Part shown: piece by piece, positions 18,431 to 27,413 of the stretch
Numbering within the stretch: the stretch's first letter is position 1
How the letters are laid out: each line of letters begins with the position of its first letter
NCBI GenBank assembly: GCA_964604655.1
Contig: CAZRZY010000001.1
Location: forward strand, 80 to 64,079
Reading direction: 5' to 3'
Source: an uncultured Bacteroides sp.
GTDB taxonomy: Bacteria; Bacteroidota; Bacteroidia; Bacteroidales; GCA-2748055
Length of the DNA: 64,000 nt
The notes under the pieces: generated by a model
What the model was told of the DNA's origin: nothing
What the model saw: only the letters and a program-made list of their open reading frames with translations
The model's database searches: none
Position numbers and translations under genes: made by a program

Positions 18431-19441
18431 TTAATTAACGAAAACACCTTTTATCTTCAGACCGCACTTTTTACAGGTACCATTACTGCCGATTCCGCTG
18501 ACCTCGGACTGGTATAAATTTCTGCTCACAAGCATATTCCCGCACCCGGGACAGAGTGTATGGCTTTCGAGCTGGGGAGTGTTGCCCGGGTAGACATACC
18601 GTATCTTCTCCCTTGCCATTGCCACAAAACGCTCAATAGTTTTCAGCGGTGTAGGCGGATTATTCATCCTGTGCCTCGGAAAATACCGGCTCACGTGCAG
18701 GATAGTATCTGTTCCGCAATGGTCGGAGATCCAGGAGATCATCTCCTTCCATTCTTGATCGTTGTCGTTATATCCGGGAATGATCAGGAAGGTCAGCTCC
18801 AGGTGTGTTCCATTGGACACAATCCGGCTGATAGTATCAAGGACAGGCTGGAGTCGTGATCCCGTGCGCCTCACGTAGAACCGGTTTGAAAAGGCTTTCA
18901 GATCAACGTTGAGTGCGTCCATAAGCGGCAGAAGCATCTCCAGCGGTTCCCGGTTAATGTAGCCATTGGTAACCATTACATTCTTCATACCACGCTCTCT
19001 GACCTGTCTGGCACATTCCAGCATAAACTCATAGAAGATGACCGGTTCATTATAGGTATAGGCCAGACCGATATTGTCTCTGTGAAGCTCCGCTTTCTGA
19101 ACTAAATCGCCAGGATCCCTGAAGGGGCTATTTGCCAGTATTCCCTGACAAACCTGAGAAATCTCGCTGTTCTGACAAAAATCGCACGACATGTTGCAGC
19201 CATAACTGCCGATAGAGAGGATCGATCGACCCGGATAGAAATGATACAGCGGTTTCTTCTCTAACGGATCGGTTGCTACAGCCGACAGGACTCCGAAATT
19301 CTCGGTGACCAGTTTTCCGTCCCTGTTCACCCGGACATGACACTTGCCGTACTGGTCAGTTTTGAGAATACAGTAGTGAGGGCACAATTGGCATTGAACC
19401 TTTGAATCCTCACGCGATCTGAAGAATAAAGCCGGATACAT
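18431..19441 (-). CDS. amrS: AmmeMemoRadiSam system radical SAM enzyme
   Basis: The N-terminal Cys cluster is VQCQLCPHYCILKTDQYGKCHVR. The radical SAM motif CNMSCDFCQN is present, and there is a C-terminal CPGCG...CKKCG. Confidence 0.85.
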   Translation of the reverse strand: MYPALFFRSREDSKVQCQLCPHYCILKTDQYGKCHVRVNRDGKLVTENFGVLSAVATDPLEKKPLYHFYPGRSILSIGSYGCNMSCDFCQNSEISQVCQGILANSPFRDPGDLVQKAELHRDNIGLAYTYNEPVIFYEFMLECARQVRERGMKNVMVTNGYINREPLEMLLPLMDALNVDLKAFSNRFYVRRTGSRLQPVLDTISRIVSNGTHLELTFLIIPGYNDNDQEWKEMISWISDHCGTDTILHVSRYFPRHRMNNPPTPLKTIERFVAMAREKIRYVYPGNTPQLESHTLCPGCGNMLVSRNLYQSEVSGIGSNGTCKKCGLKIKGVFVN

Positions 19442-19538
19442 CCTTCTAAAGTTACAATTTATAATACTGCAAAACCAGCCTCAAACAAAAGCGCTATCCA
19501 CGGGTTTATAACATAAGGATGAGGAAAAACAGAGGAAA

Positions 19539-20156
19539 ATGGATAAAAAGTTTTTGGTCATTGCAGCAACAATATTAAATACGTTCACCATGAAAGGGTT
19601 TGATGCCAGTGAAGGAACCACGGAGAAGGCCACCTTCGGAGGGGGGTGCTTCTGGTGCGTGGAAGCTATTTTTGAAAGAGTGGAAGGAGTCCATAAGGTC
19701 GTTTCCGGCTACTCCGGTGGAGATGTGAAGAATCCCGCTTACAGAGAAGTGACCACAGGCCGTACAGGTCATGCGGAGGTGGTGCATATCGTTTATGATC
19801 CCCGGGAGGTGAGCTACCTGGAGCTCTTGGAAATATTCTTTAAAACACACGATCCCACCACTCTGAACCGGCAGGGAGCGGATGTGGGCACCCAGTACCG
19901 CTCCATTATTCTGTATCACACCGATTCGCAGAAGCAGGAAGCCAGACAGGTTATCCAGGATCTGGATGCAGCAAATATCTGGGAGGATCCCATTGTTACT
20001 CAGGTCGAGCCGTTCGAAGCGTTCTATGAAGCAGAGCGGTACCACCAGGAGTACTTTGAAAACAATCCGAACCAGGGATACTGCCGTTTGGTGATACAGC
20101 CCAAGGTGGAGAAATTTGAAAAACTATTCCGGGATAAATTGAAGGAATCCAGCTAA
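19539..20156 (+). CDS. msrA: Peptide methionine (S)-sulfoxide reductase
   Basis: The GGGCFWCVEAIF active-site motif is present, with HAEVV and QYRS. Confidence 0.9.
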   Translation: MDKKFLVIAATILNTFTMKGFDASEGTTEKATFGGGCFWCVEAIFERVEGVHKVVSGYSGGDVKNPAYREVTTGRTGHAEVVHIVYDPREVSYLELLEIFFKTHDPTTLNRQGADVGTQYRSIILYHTDSQKQEARQVIQDLDAANIWEDPIVTQVEPFEAFYEAERYHQEYFENNPNQGYCRLVIQPKVEKFEKLFRDKLKESS

Positions 20157-20165
20157 GCAGCAGCT

Positions 20166-22154
20166 CTATACGGGTAAATGGACATGGAAGGCGGCTCCTT
20201 TACCGGGTTCGCTTTCCACCTCGATCTTTCCCTGATTTTTCTCCACGAATTCTTTACATATTAAAAGGCCAAGGCCTGAGCCTGCTTCGCCGGCTGTACC
20301 GGGTGTGGTCACCATCTCACCGGTATCAAACAGCTTTTCCTGTATTTCCTGCTGGATGCCGATCCCTTCGTCTGCTACCGATATCACGCATTCATCCTTC
20401 AAATGTTTCGCTGAGATATGAACCTTTCCACCGGGGAAGCTGAATTTCACGGCATTCATAATCAGGTTTCGTATGACCATGTGGATCATCGATCTGTCGG
20501 CAGTAACCACACACCGGCGGTCGATCTTCAGTGTAAACTCGATTCGCTTATGGGTGAGATTGGGCTTCAACTCTTTCAGGCACTCCTCCAACACCTCCTT
20601 CATCCGGAGTTCTTCCGGTTGGAATCTGACCGTTTGCATCTGCGACCTTGCCCACACCAGCAAGTTCTCCAGCAGATCCTGGATCCGTTGCGTGCCCTGA
20701 AGGATCTGGAGAAGATACTCCTTCTGGGTATCCCGGGAAAACTGATCGAAATTGCTGAAAAGCAACTCGGAAAAACCCGCAACGGCCGAAACAGGATTTC
20801 TCAGATCGTGTGCGACTACGGAAAAAATACGGTCCTTGGAACTATTCAGTCGCTTCAGTTCCTTTTCAGACTCACTCAATCGCTGAAGCGTACTGGATAT
20901 CTGGCGATTGCTCTCTTCAAGCATCAGATTGGTGCGCTTCTTGTTCCGGAGGTTGACCGCGATAATGATCATCAGGACCACCGTCAGCCCGATAAAAATG
21001 ATGAAGACCAGATTCAATGTCCGCTGGATCTGCGACTCCGATTGCAGCTGTTCGATTTCCCGGTCCTTGATCTCCTGTTCGTATCTTGCCCTGAGCTGTG
21101 CGATTTGCTCCGACTGGGTTTCGTTAAACAGATTTTTATACAGGGTGTCATACCTGAGCTGCCAGTTATAGGCCGAGGCATAGTTACCAGCGGAGTAGTG
21201 CAACCGGGCCAGTTCGTCATAGGTATCCAGCATCAGTTGCAGAAATCCCCGTTCATTGGAAATACGCAGCGCCCGGTGGAGATAATAGAGTGCCGAGTCC
21301 TGCCGGTCCATCTTGCCATAGAGGGATCCCAGGTTCATATAGACCGATCCGGTCCGGAAAGGATCCTTCAGGGATCGTGAAATTTGCAGGCCTTTTAGCA
21401 GGCAGCCCAGGGCCTCCTTGTTTTTCCCCAAAGCCGAATAGACCCTTGCCGTGTTGCTGTATACCTCAGGAAGAACGGAAGAGGAGAGAAGCCGGATGGA
21501 CGAATCGGACTCCAGGATCTCCATAGCTTCCTGAAAATAGGTAAGGGAGGAATCGTACTGCTGTTTATCATAAAGGATCAGCCCTATGCGGTTCATGGAA
21601 CTGGATTTCTCCGCAGGCTGGTCCATCTGCTTAAAAATCTCCAGGGCGTTCAGGTAATGGATTTCCGCCTCTTCCAGATTTCCCATCTCATGAGCCACCA
21701 TGCCCAAGCTGTTCTCCATGCAGGCAATTCCCCGGTTGTCCTCATCACGCTCATATGCATTCAGGCTTTGCAGGTAATGGAAATATGCCTCGCTGAAATT
21801 GGCCATTTCATAATAGATGTTTCCCAGCTCACGGGCGCAGACAGCTATCTCCTGATAATCTTCCAGTTTGATGAATTCCTCATAGGCCCTCTTATAGTAA
21901 AGCAGGCTTTGCTCCGATGCGCCCTTCAACTGGTAAATCCTGCCTTTGGTCCTGAAAAGGTGGGGCAGCCGGTTATCCGGGTCACTCTTCATAAGGATCA
22001 GCTCAGCCTGGTTGGCCATACCAAGGGCACTGTCAGGAAAGGTTTCCCGGATGCGGACCGAGGCTTCCATCAGGATTTCGGCTTTTTCAGGCTGGGCCAC
22101 CGCGGAATGGACTGCAAGGATAGCGAGGAATATATATAAGAGCAGGCGTTTCAT
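20166..22154 (-). CDS. Sensor histidine kinase with periplasmic/extracytoplasmic TPR repeats (orphan, no adjacent response regulator)
   Basis: A signal peptide is followed by multiple TPR-like repeats, one TM segment (LVFIIFIGLTVVLMIIIAV), a HisKA domain (FSVVAHDLRNP) and a HATPase_c domain (GSGLGLLICKEF). Confidence 0.85.
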   Translation of the reverse strand: MKRLLLYIFLAILAVHSAVAQPEKAEILMEASVRIRETFPDSALGMANQAELILMKSDPDNRLPHLFRTKGRIYQLKGASEQSLLYYKRAYEEFIKLEDYQEIAVCARELGNIYYEMANFSEAYFHYLQSLNAYERDEDNRGIACMENSLGMVAHEMGNLEEAEIHYLNALEIFKQMDQPAEKSSSMNRIGLILYDKQQYDSSLTYFQEAMEILESDSSIRLLSSSVLPEVYSNTARVYSALGKNKEALGCLLKGLQISRSLKDPFRTGSVYMNLGSLYGKMDRQDSALYYLHRALRISNERGFLQLMLDTYDELARLHYSAGNYASAYNWQLRYDTLYKNLFNETQSEQIAQLRARYEQEIKDREIEQLQSESQIQRTLNLVFIIFIGLTVVLMIIIAVNLRNKKRTNLMLEESNRQISSTLQRLSESEKELKRLNSSKDRIFSVVAHDLRNPVSAVAGFSELLFSNFDQFSRDTQKEYLLQILQGTQRIQDLLENLLVWARSQMQTVRFQPEELRMKEVLEECLKELKPNLTHKRIEFTLKIDRRCVVTADRSMIHMVIRNLIMNAVKFSFPGGKVHISAKHLKDECVISVADEGIGIQQEIQEKLFDTGEMVTTPGTAGEAGSGLGLLICKEFVEKNQGKIEVESEPGKGAAFHVHLPV

Positions 22155-22284
22155 GAGATTGTAATGCAGTTCGCCCGGTTCGGGTAAGGTAAAGATACTT
22201 ATTTTGGGATGAAATCATCCATACAGGGATTCCTGATTCCTTCACTCATGGAGGTCTCCATACCTTTGGATCAAAACACTCCGT

Positions 22285-22941
22285 ATGGCGACTGCAGCAA
22301 AATTCACAAAAGGGGAGGAACTGGCCAATGCCCTTTCTCATCTGACAGGTACGTTACTTGCGGTGGCCGGACTGGTGCTGTTGCTGAACCGCTCCATTCA
22401 TGAAGGGGATGGCTGGCATATCATCAGTTCAGCTATTTTTGGTGCATCCATGATCATCCTCTATCTCTCCTCCACCATGACTCACTCCCTGCCCATGGGA
22501 AAATGGAAGGACTTCTTTTTTAATATGGACCGGGTGGCCATCTATATACTTATAGCAGGCACCTACACTCCCATTACCCTGGTAACACTCAGAGGTCCTG
22601 TTGGCTGGGTTCTCTTCGGAATCGAATGGGGGCTGGCTCTGGTGGGGACGTTCATGATCGTTTACCGGCCGGGCAAGTTTAACAAGGGAGTCAACGGATT
22701 TTACGTGCTCTCGTATGCAGTCATGGGCTGGCTGATCCTTGCTGCCATCGTTCCGGTGTGCAATTCCCTTTCCATGATGGGATGCCTCTGGATCCTCATC
22801 GGGGGTATTTGCTATACTCTTGGCATATACTTTTTTAAACGTACCCACTTCCGTTATCACCACCTGGTGTGGCATTTGCTGGTCATGGCGGGGACCCTTT
22901 CCCACTTTTTTGCCGTGTTTTTCTATATTATTCCGGGCTAG
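22285..22941 (+). CDS. Hemolysin III / PAQR family membrane protein
   Basis: It has seven predicted TM segments, N-terminal EELANALSH, and HxxxH-type motifs near the C-terminus (FRYHHLVWH). Confidence 0.8.
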   Translation: MATAAKFTKGEELANALSHLTGTLLAVAGLVLLLNRSIHEGDGWHIISSAIFGASMIILYLSSTMTHSLPMGKWKDFFFNMDRVAIYILIAGTYTPITLVTLRGPVGWVLFGIEWGLALVGTFMIVYRPGKFNKGVNGFYVLSYAVMGWLILAAIVPVCNSLSMMGCLWILIGGICYTLGIYFFKRTHFRYHHLVWHLLVMAGTLSHFFAVFFYIIPG

Positions 22942-23024
22942 TGTTATGGAATGTGTGGATACAATTGGTGCATTTGGTTTTTTTTTATACTACCTTTGTA
23001 CCGTTAATCATTTTAACTATTACA

Positions 23025-23216
23025 ATGAAAGAAGGTAAAGTAAAATTTTTTAATGAATCCAAAGGGTATGGCTTCATTAAGGACGTAGAGTCCGAAGAAG
23101 AGTATTTCGTACATGTTTCCGGTCTGATCGACAAGGTCAAGGAGGATGATGACGTGACTTTTGAACTCACAGAAGGGCGCAAAGGATTAAATGCAGTGAA
23201 TGTCAAACTGATATAG
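23025..23216 (+). CDS. Cold-shock protein (CspA family)
   Basis: MKEGKVKFFNESKGYGFI is the RNP1 motif and FVHVS is RNP2. Length is 63 aa. The longer track ORF from 22869 is an artefact of upstream read-through. Confidence 0.9.
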   Translation: MKEGKVKFFNESKGYGFIKDVESEEEYFVHVSGLIDKVKEDDDVTFELTEGRKGLNAVNVKLI

Positions 23217-23245
23217 TTGACCAGCTCATTACGTGTTAATCTGTG

Positions 23246-23274
23246 CCCCCCGGATTTTCCGGGGGGTTTTTTTT
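23246..23274 (+). terminator. Rho-independent terminator after csp
   Basis: The stem CCCCCCGG (23246-23253) / CCGGGGGG (23259-23266) is followed by T8. Confidence 0.7.
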
Positions 23275-23317
23275 GCCCTTATTTTTTTTCCGTATACTTT
23301 TAGAAAAATTCTTGGTC

Positions 23318-24154
23318 ATGAACTATAATCGAAGGAAATTCATCGCCGGCTCCGCTGCAGCCGCACTAGGTGTAGCCATGGATCTGAATGCCGGGCCCCG
23401 CCGTCCCGGGCTGTCCACTGTCAGTGGAACAGCACCGGAAATAAATCAACTGCCTTCCCTGGAAGGGAGAAAAATACTCTACACCTACGGAGGATGGGAA
23501 GGCCATGAACCTGAGCAGTCGGTCTCCCTGTTCAAACCATGGATGGAGCAGGAGGGAGCCGCCGTGGAGGTCTTCCCTTCCCTGGATCCATACGCCGATG
23601 AAGCGTATATGAAAGGGGTCGACCTGGTGATCCAGATATTTACCATGGCTCAAATTTCAGGGGAACAGGAGAAAGGGCTGCTCCAGGCCTTACGCAACGG
23701 CACCGGTATCGCCGGATGGCACGGAGGTCTCTGTGACTCATTCAGAAACAATGTGGCTTACCAGTTTATGACCGGGGGGCAATGGGTAGCCCACCCGGGT
23801 GGGGTGATCGATTATAGCGTGCAGCCGGTGGACCAGGAGGATCCTGTCACCAGGGGACTGGAGGAGTTTCATATGCACAGTGAGCAGTACTATATGCACG
23901 TGGATCCCAATATGAAGGTGCTTGCCACTACCACCTTCAGCGATGAGCATGCCAGCTGGATAGACGGGTGCACCATGCCGGTGGTCTGGAAAAAAATGTA
24001 CGGGAAAGGCAGGGTCTTTTACAGCTCACTGGGACATGTGATGAAGGATTTTGAGGTGCCAGAGGCACTGGAAATCATGAAAAGAGGGATCCGGTGGGCC
24101 TCTGCAAGCAAGTATGCACCCCCCGAATCCTGGATCCATCCGGTATATGGATAA
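23318..24154 (+). CDS. ThuA-like (trehalose-utilisation-type) domain protein with Tat signal
   Basis: The start at ATG 23318 gives MNYNRRKFIAGSAAAALGVA, a twin-arginine signal. The body resembles ThuA-family proteins (GGWEGHEP ... GWHGG ... VFYSSLGH). Confidence 0.65.
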   Translation: MNYNRRKFIAGSAAAALGVAMDLNAGPRRPGLSTVSGTAPEINQLPSLEGRKILYTYGGWEGHEPEQSVSLFKPWMEQEGAAVEVFPSLDPYADEAYMKGVDLVIQIFTMAQISGEQEKGLLQALRNGTGIAGWHGGLCDSFRNNVAYQFMTGGQWVAHPGGVIDYSVQPVDQEDPVTRGLEEFHMHSEQYYMHVDPNMKVLATTTFSDEHASWIDGCTMPVVWKKMYGKGRVFYSSLGHVMKDFEVPEALEIMKRGIRWASASKYAPPESWIHPVYG

Positions 24155-24218
24155 AATTGTTTGGAGAGATCGATTTATTTCCTAATTTCGGAGCATCTGT
24201 TGTATAACATAATTTGAC

Positions 24219-24305
24219 ATGAACTCATCACACCGTAACAGAATCTGGCGATGGCGCTGGTGGCATTCACGGGAAGTTGCTTCGCTGGCTGTGATGAATA
24301 TGTAA
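24219..24305 (+). CDS. Trp-rich leader peptide (28 aa) of a transcription attenuator
   Basis: The peptide MNSSHRNRIWRWRWWHSREVASLAVMNM has four TGG codons within 6 codons (24246-24263). It sits directly upstream of a strong terminator and a Trp-synthesis gene. Confidence 0.6.
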   Translation: MNSSHRNRIWRWRWWHSREVASLAVMNM

Positions 24306-24330
24306 ATTGATAAAATCATCATGATTGATG

Positions 24331-24365
24331 CGGGGCAGGTCCAATGACACTGCCCCGTTTTTTTT
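24331..24365 (+). terminator. Attenuator terminator of the trp leader
   Basis: The stem CGGGGCAG (24331-24338) / CTGCCCCG (24350-24357) is followed by T8 (24358-24365). It ends only 19 nt before the trpB2 ATG. Confidence 0.7.
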
Positions 24366-24384
24366 AATCCATAAAACCAAAGCA

Positions 24385-25761
24385 ATGAGCAAACTGAAGA
24401 AGATTACTCTGGAAGAGCATGAAATGCCCCGCCAGTGGTATAACCTGGCAGCAGACCTCCCCGGGGCAATGAATCCTCCCCTGGGTCCGGACGGGAAGCC
24501 GATCGGTCCGGAAGCACTGGCCCCCGTGTTTCCTATGAACCTGATCGAGCAGGAGGTGAGCATGGAGCGATGGATCGATATCCCTGAAAAGGTCATGGAA
24601 CTGCTCAGCATCTGGCGACCTGCTCCGCTGGTCAGGGCCTATGCGCTGGAAGAAGTACTGGGGACTCCTGCAAGGATCTATTACAAGAATGAAAGCCTGT
24701 CACCCGCCGGCAGCCACAAACCCAATACCGCTATACCGCAGGCTTACTACAACCGGGAATTCGGGATACGGAAACTGACCACCGAGACCGGTGCCGGTCA
24801 GTGGGGTAGTGCGCTCTCCTTCGCATGCTCTTTGCTTGGAATGGAGTGTAAAGTATTCATGGTCCGGGTCAGCTTCGACCAGAAACCGTTCCGAAAGCTG
24901 ATGATGCAGGCCTGGGGAGGAAAATGCGTGGCAAGTCCCAGCCTGGAGACGCAGGCCGGAAGGGCAGTTTTGGAAAAGGATCCTGACACTCCTGGCAGTC
25001 TGGGTATCGCGATCAGTGAGGCAGTGGAGGCTGCAGTGACCGATGAGACCGGTCAGACGCGATACTCTCTGGGAAGTGTGCTGAACCATGTGATGCTTCA
25101 CCAGACCATCATTGGCCTGGAGGCCAAGAAACAGCTGGAAAAGATCCAGGAAAGGACCCCGGATGTGGTGATCGGTTGTGCCGGAGGGGGAAGCAATTTT
25201 GCCGGACTGAGCTTCCCGTTCATGCTCGATAAGATCCATGGTGCAGAGATCGATATCATCCCGGTGGAACCGGCCAGCTGCCCGACGCTTACCAAAGCAC
25301 CCTTTGTTTATGACCACGGAGACCTGGCCAGGATGACACCCTTGCTGGCCATGAATTCACTGGGTCATGAATTTATTCCTCCCCCCATTCATGCGGGTGG
25401 ACTGAGGTATCACGGTATCGCTCCCATGATCAGTCATGCCGTCAACCACGGTCTCGCCAGGCCGGAGTCGATCCAGCAGCTGGAATGCTACCATGCTGGA
25501 GTCACCTTTGCCCGGTCCGAAGGGATCATTCCGGCGCCTGAAACCACTCACGCCATCGCTTCGGCCATCCGGGAAGCCAATAAGGCTAAAGAGGAGGGGA
25601 AGGAGAAGGTGATCCTTTTCAATTTCAGCGGGCACGGATTAATGGACCTGGTGGGCTATGATAAATATCTGACTGGCCAGCTCACCGATCACGAGTTGTC
25701 CGATGAAGACTTTGCCAGGTTTACGGAAATCCTCAAGGACCATCCGGTGCCAACTATATAA
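24385..25761 (+). CDS. trpB2: TrpB-like PLP-dependent enzyme (tryptophan synthase beta, TrpB2 class)
   Basis: The start at ATG 24385 gives [26 protein letters not shown], a TrpB2-type N-terminal extension. The PLP lysine region is [13 protein letters not shown], followed by [12 protein letters not shown]. There is no trpA neighbour. Confidence 0.85.
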   Translation: MSKLKKITLEEHEMPRQWYNLAADLPGAMNPPLGPDGKPIGPEALAPVFPMNLIEQEVSMERWIDIPEKVMELLSIWRPAPLVRAYALEEVLGTPARIYYKNESLSPAGSHKPNTAIPQAYYNREFGIRKLTTETGAGQWGSALSFACSLLGMECKVFMVRVSFDQKPFRKLMMQAWGGKCVASPSLETQAGRAVLEKDPDTPGSLGIAISEAVEAAVTDETGQTRYSLGSVLNHVMLHQTIIGLEAKKQLEKIQERTPDVVIGCAGGGSNFAGLSFPFMLDKIHGAEIDIIPVEPASCPTLTKAPFVYDHGDLARMTPLLAMNSLGHEFIPPPIHAGGLRYHGIAPMISHAVNHGLARPESIQQLECYHAGVTFARSEGIIPAPETTHAIASAIREANKAKEEGKEKVILFNFSGHGLMDLVGYDKYLTGQLTDHELSDEDFARFTEILKDHPVPTI

Positions 25762-26173
25762 GTTTGGCTTTCAGCTTAACAGGAGTGGGGGAGACCAGCC
25801 TTGAAACAGGACACTTTTCCTTGGAAGCAGCGGTAAGTTCGTTGAATTTATCCTCTGAAAGTCCTTCGCATTCCACCTCACACTCCAGTTCTATGGAGGT
25901 AATAACCGGACCGGTGTCATCGCTTCCCAGGTGAACGTTGGCATCGGTCTTAACCGATTCCGGTACCAGGTTCTCCTCACTGATCAGAGCGGAGAGGAAC
26001 ATGGAGAAGCACCCGGACAATGCTGCTCCGATCAACTCCTCCGGATTGGTACCTTTGCCTTCCTGAAACCGGGATGCAAAGGTAAAAGGCCCTTCATAAT
26101 CACTGAATTTCATGGTCCCTTTGCCCTGCTTGAGGGTTCCGGACCAGATAGCACTTGCGTTTCTTGTAGACAT
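25754..26173 (-). CDS. OsmC family peroxiredoxin
   Basis: The start at the internal ATG gives [19 protein letters not shown]. The conserved Cys motifs are AALSGCFSM and KEKCPVS. Length is 139 aa. Confidence 0.85.
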   Translation of the reverse strand: MSTRNASAIWSGTLKQGKGTMKFSDYEGPFTFASRFQEGKGTNPEELIGAALSGCFSMFLSALISEENLVPESVKTDANVHLGSDDTGPVITSIELECEVECEGLSEDKFNELTAASKEKCPVSRLVSPTPVKLKAKLI

Positions 26174-26317
26174 AATTTTCGATTTAAATATACCGTTACG
26201 TTTCTTTACTTTTTTTATTAACCTGCCGGGAAGTCGAATGTTCGAGCAACATGTCCGATGATTTGACTTTCGGACCACGGGAATGTAACTTTATGGAAAC
26301 CCCTATAATTCGCCACC

Positions 26318-27085
26318 ATGAACCCATATATCTACCTTTCGGCAACCCCGGAGTCGTTGATTGCTTCTCATCTGCCACCCTTTGAATTCGGGAACTACCT
26401 GGCCGTAGGAACCAAAAAACGCACCCGTGGCCAGGCCATCTATTTCGATGTGGATCCTGATAAGGTCAGCACCCTTCCCAAAGAATACATTAAAAGGAAG
26501 CTGGTTCCCTATGAAAGCGGCGAACCGAAACGCTCCGTCTATCTCTCCATTTACCGTTCCCTGGAGCAGACCCCTCTGGATGCGCTGAAGAGTCTCTACC
26601 TGGTTACCGACGACGGAAAAGTACTGCGACTTGAAGGCACCACATGGGAACCGGATGAAGAGACCCTGATTTACCTGTACCAGCAATTTATCCCCATATC
26701 CACCCGTGTGGCCAGCAAGCTTACTCCACCGGAATTCATTGGATTTCTCACCGATCCGGAAAAACCGGTATTTGCCCCCAGAATTTTCATGGCCGACCTG
26801 AAACTGAACAAACTGGCCAGGCACCCCGATGCACCCATTCATGACCTTCCATACCCCAACCCCGATCATCTGAGGGACTGCCTCACCAGGCTGATGGCCT
26901 CCGAAGCGCGGCTGACCAAAACGGTGATCAGGCAATTCAAATCCGAATTGTCGTACAGAACGCTAAAGAAAGGATTCTACGTGGGTGACCAGGAAGGGTA
27001 TAAATATTATCCGATGCCATCCACCAAGGAGCTGGAGAGCACCCATTACTCCTGGTGGCGTTCGGCACTCACCCAGGGATTCTAG
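26318..27085 (+). CDS. Hypothetical protein (255 aa), no recognisable domain
   Basis: It is a clean ORF with coding-like composition and no signal peptide. I recognised no motifs. Confidence 0.5.
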   Translation: MNPYIYLSATPESLIASHLPPFEFGNYLAVGTKKRTRGQAIYFDVDPDKVSTLPKEYIKRKLVPYESGEPKRSVYLSIYRSLEQTPLDALKSLYLVTDDGKVLRLEGTTWEPDEETLIYLYQQFIPISTRVASKLTPPEFIGFLTDPEKPVFAPRIFMADLKLNKLARHPDAPIHDLPYPNPDHLRDCLTRLMASEARLTKTVIRQFKSELSYRTLKKGFYVGDQEGYKYYPMPSTKELESTHYSWWRSALTQGF

Positions 27086-27413
27086 CTTTGCTTTTTGACT
27101 GGAGTTTCCATTTGATTACCGTTTTCTACCAATAGTTTTTATATTTTAGTGTCATATTCGGAAGCTCCATGCGCTTTTCGCTCCATCCGCAACAGAGGCC
27201 TGAATTCAGGTTCAGGAGCCTGAGTATTCATGAGATCCTGGATATTTGCGAACATTCGCTCCCCTCCCTGGCCGAAGCTTTCGGAAGGTCCATCGTCATA
27301 CCGTCTTTTTTTTCTTTCTCCGACAAGAAACTGGTGGCATTCTATCGAAGCGCAACACCCAGAATCTGCTACCGTGCGGCCATACCCAGTGAACTCACCT
27401 GACCTTTCACCAT

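Noticed and set aside
22973-22998. A possible Bacteroidetes promoter for the csp gene (TTTG 22973-22976, TACCTTTG 22991-22998).
   Set aside because: The -7 element is a perfect TAnnTTTG, but the spacing to the TTTG is only 14 nt against the usual ~19-21 nt. I left it unannotated.
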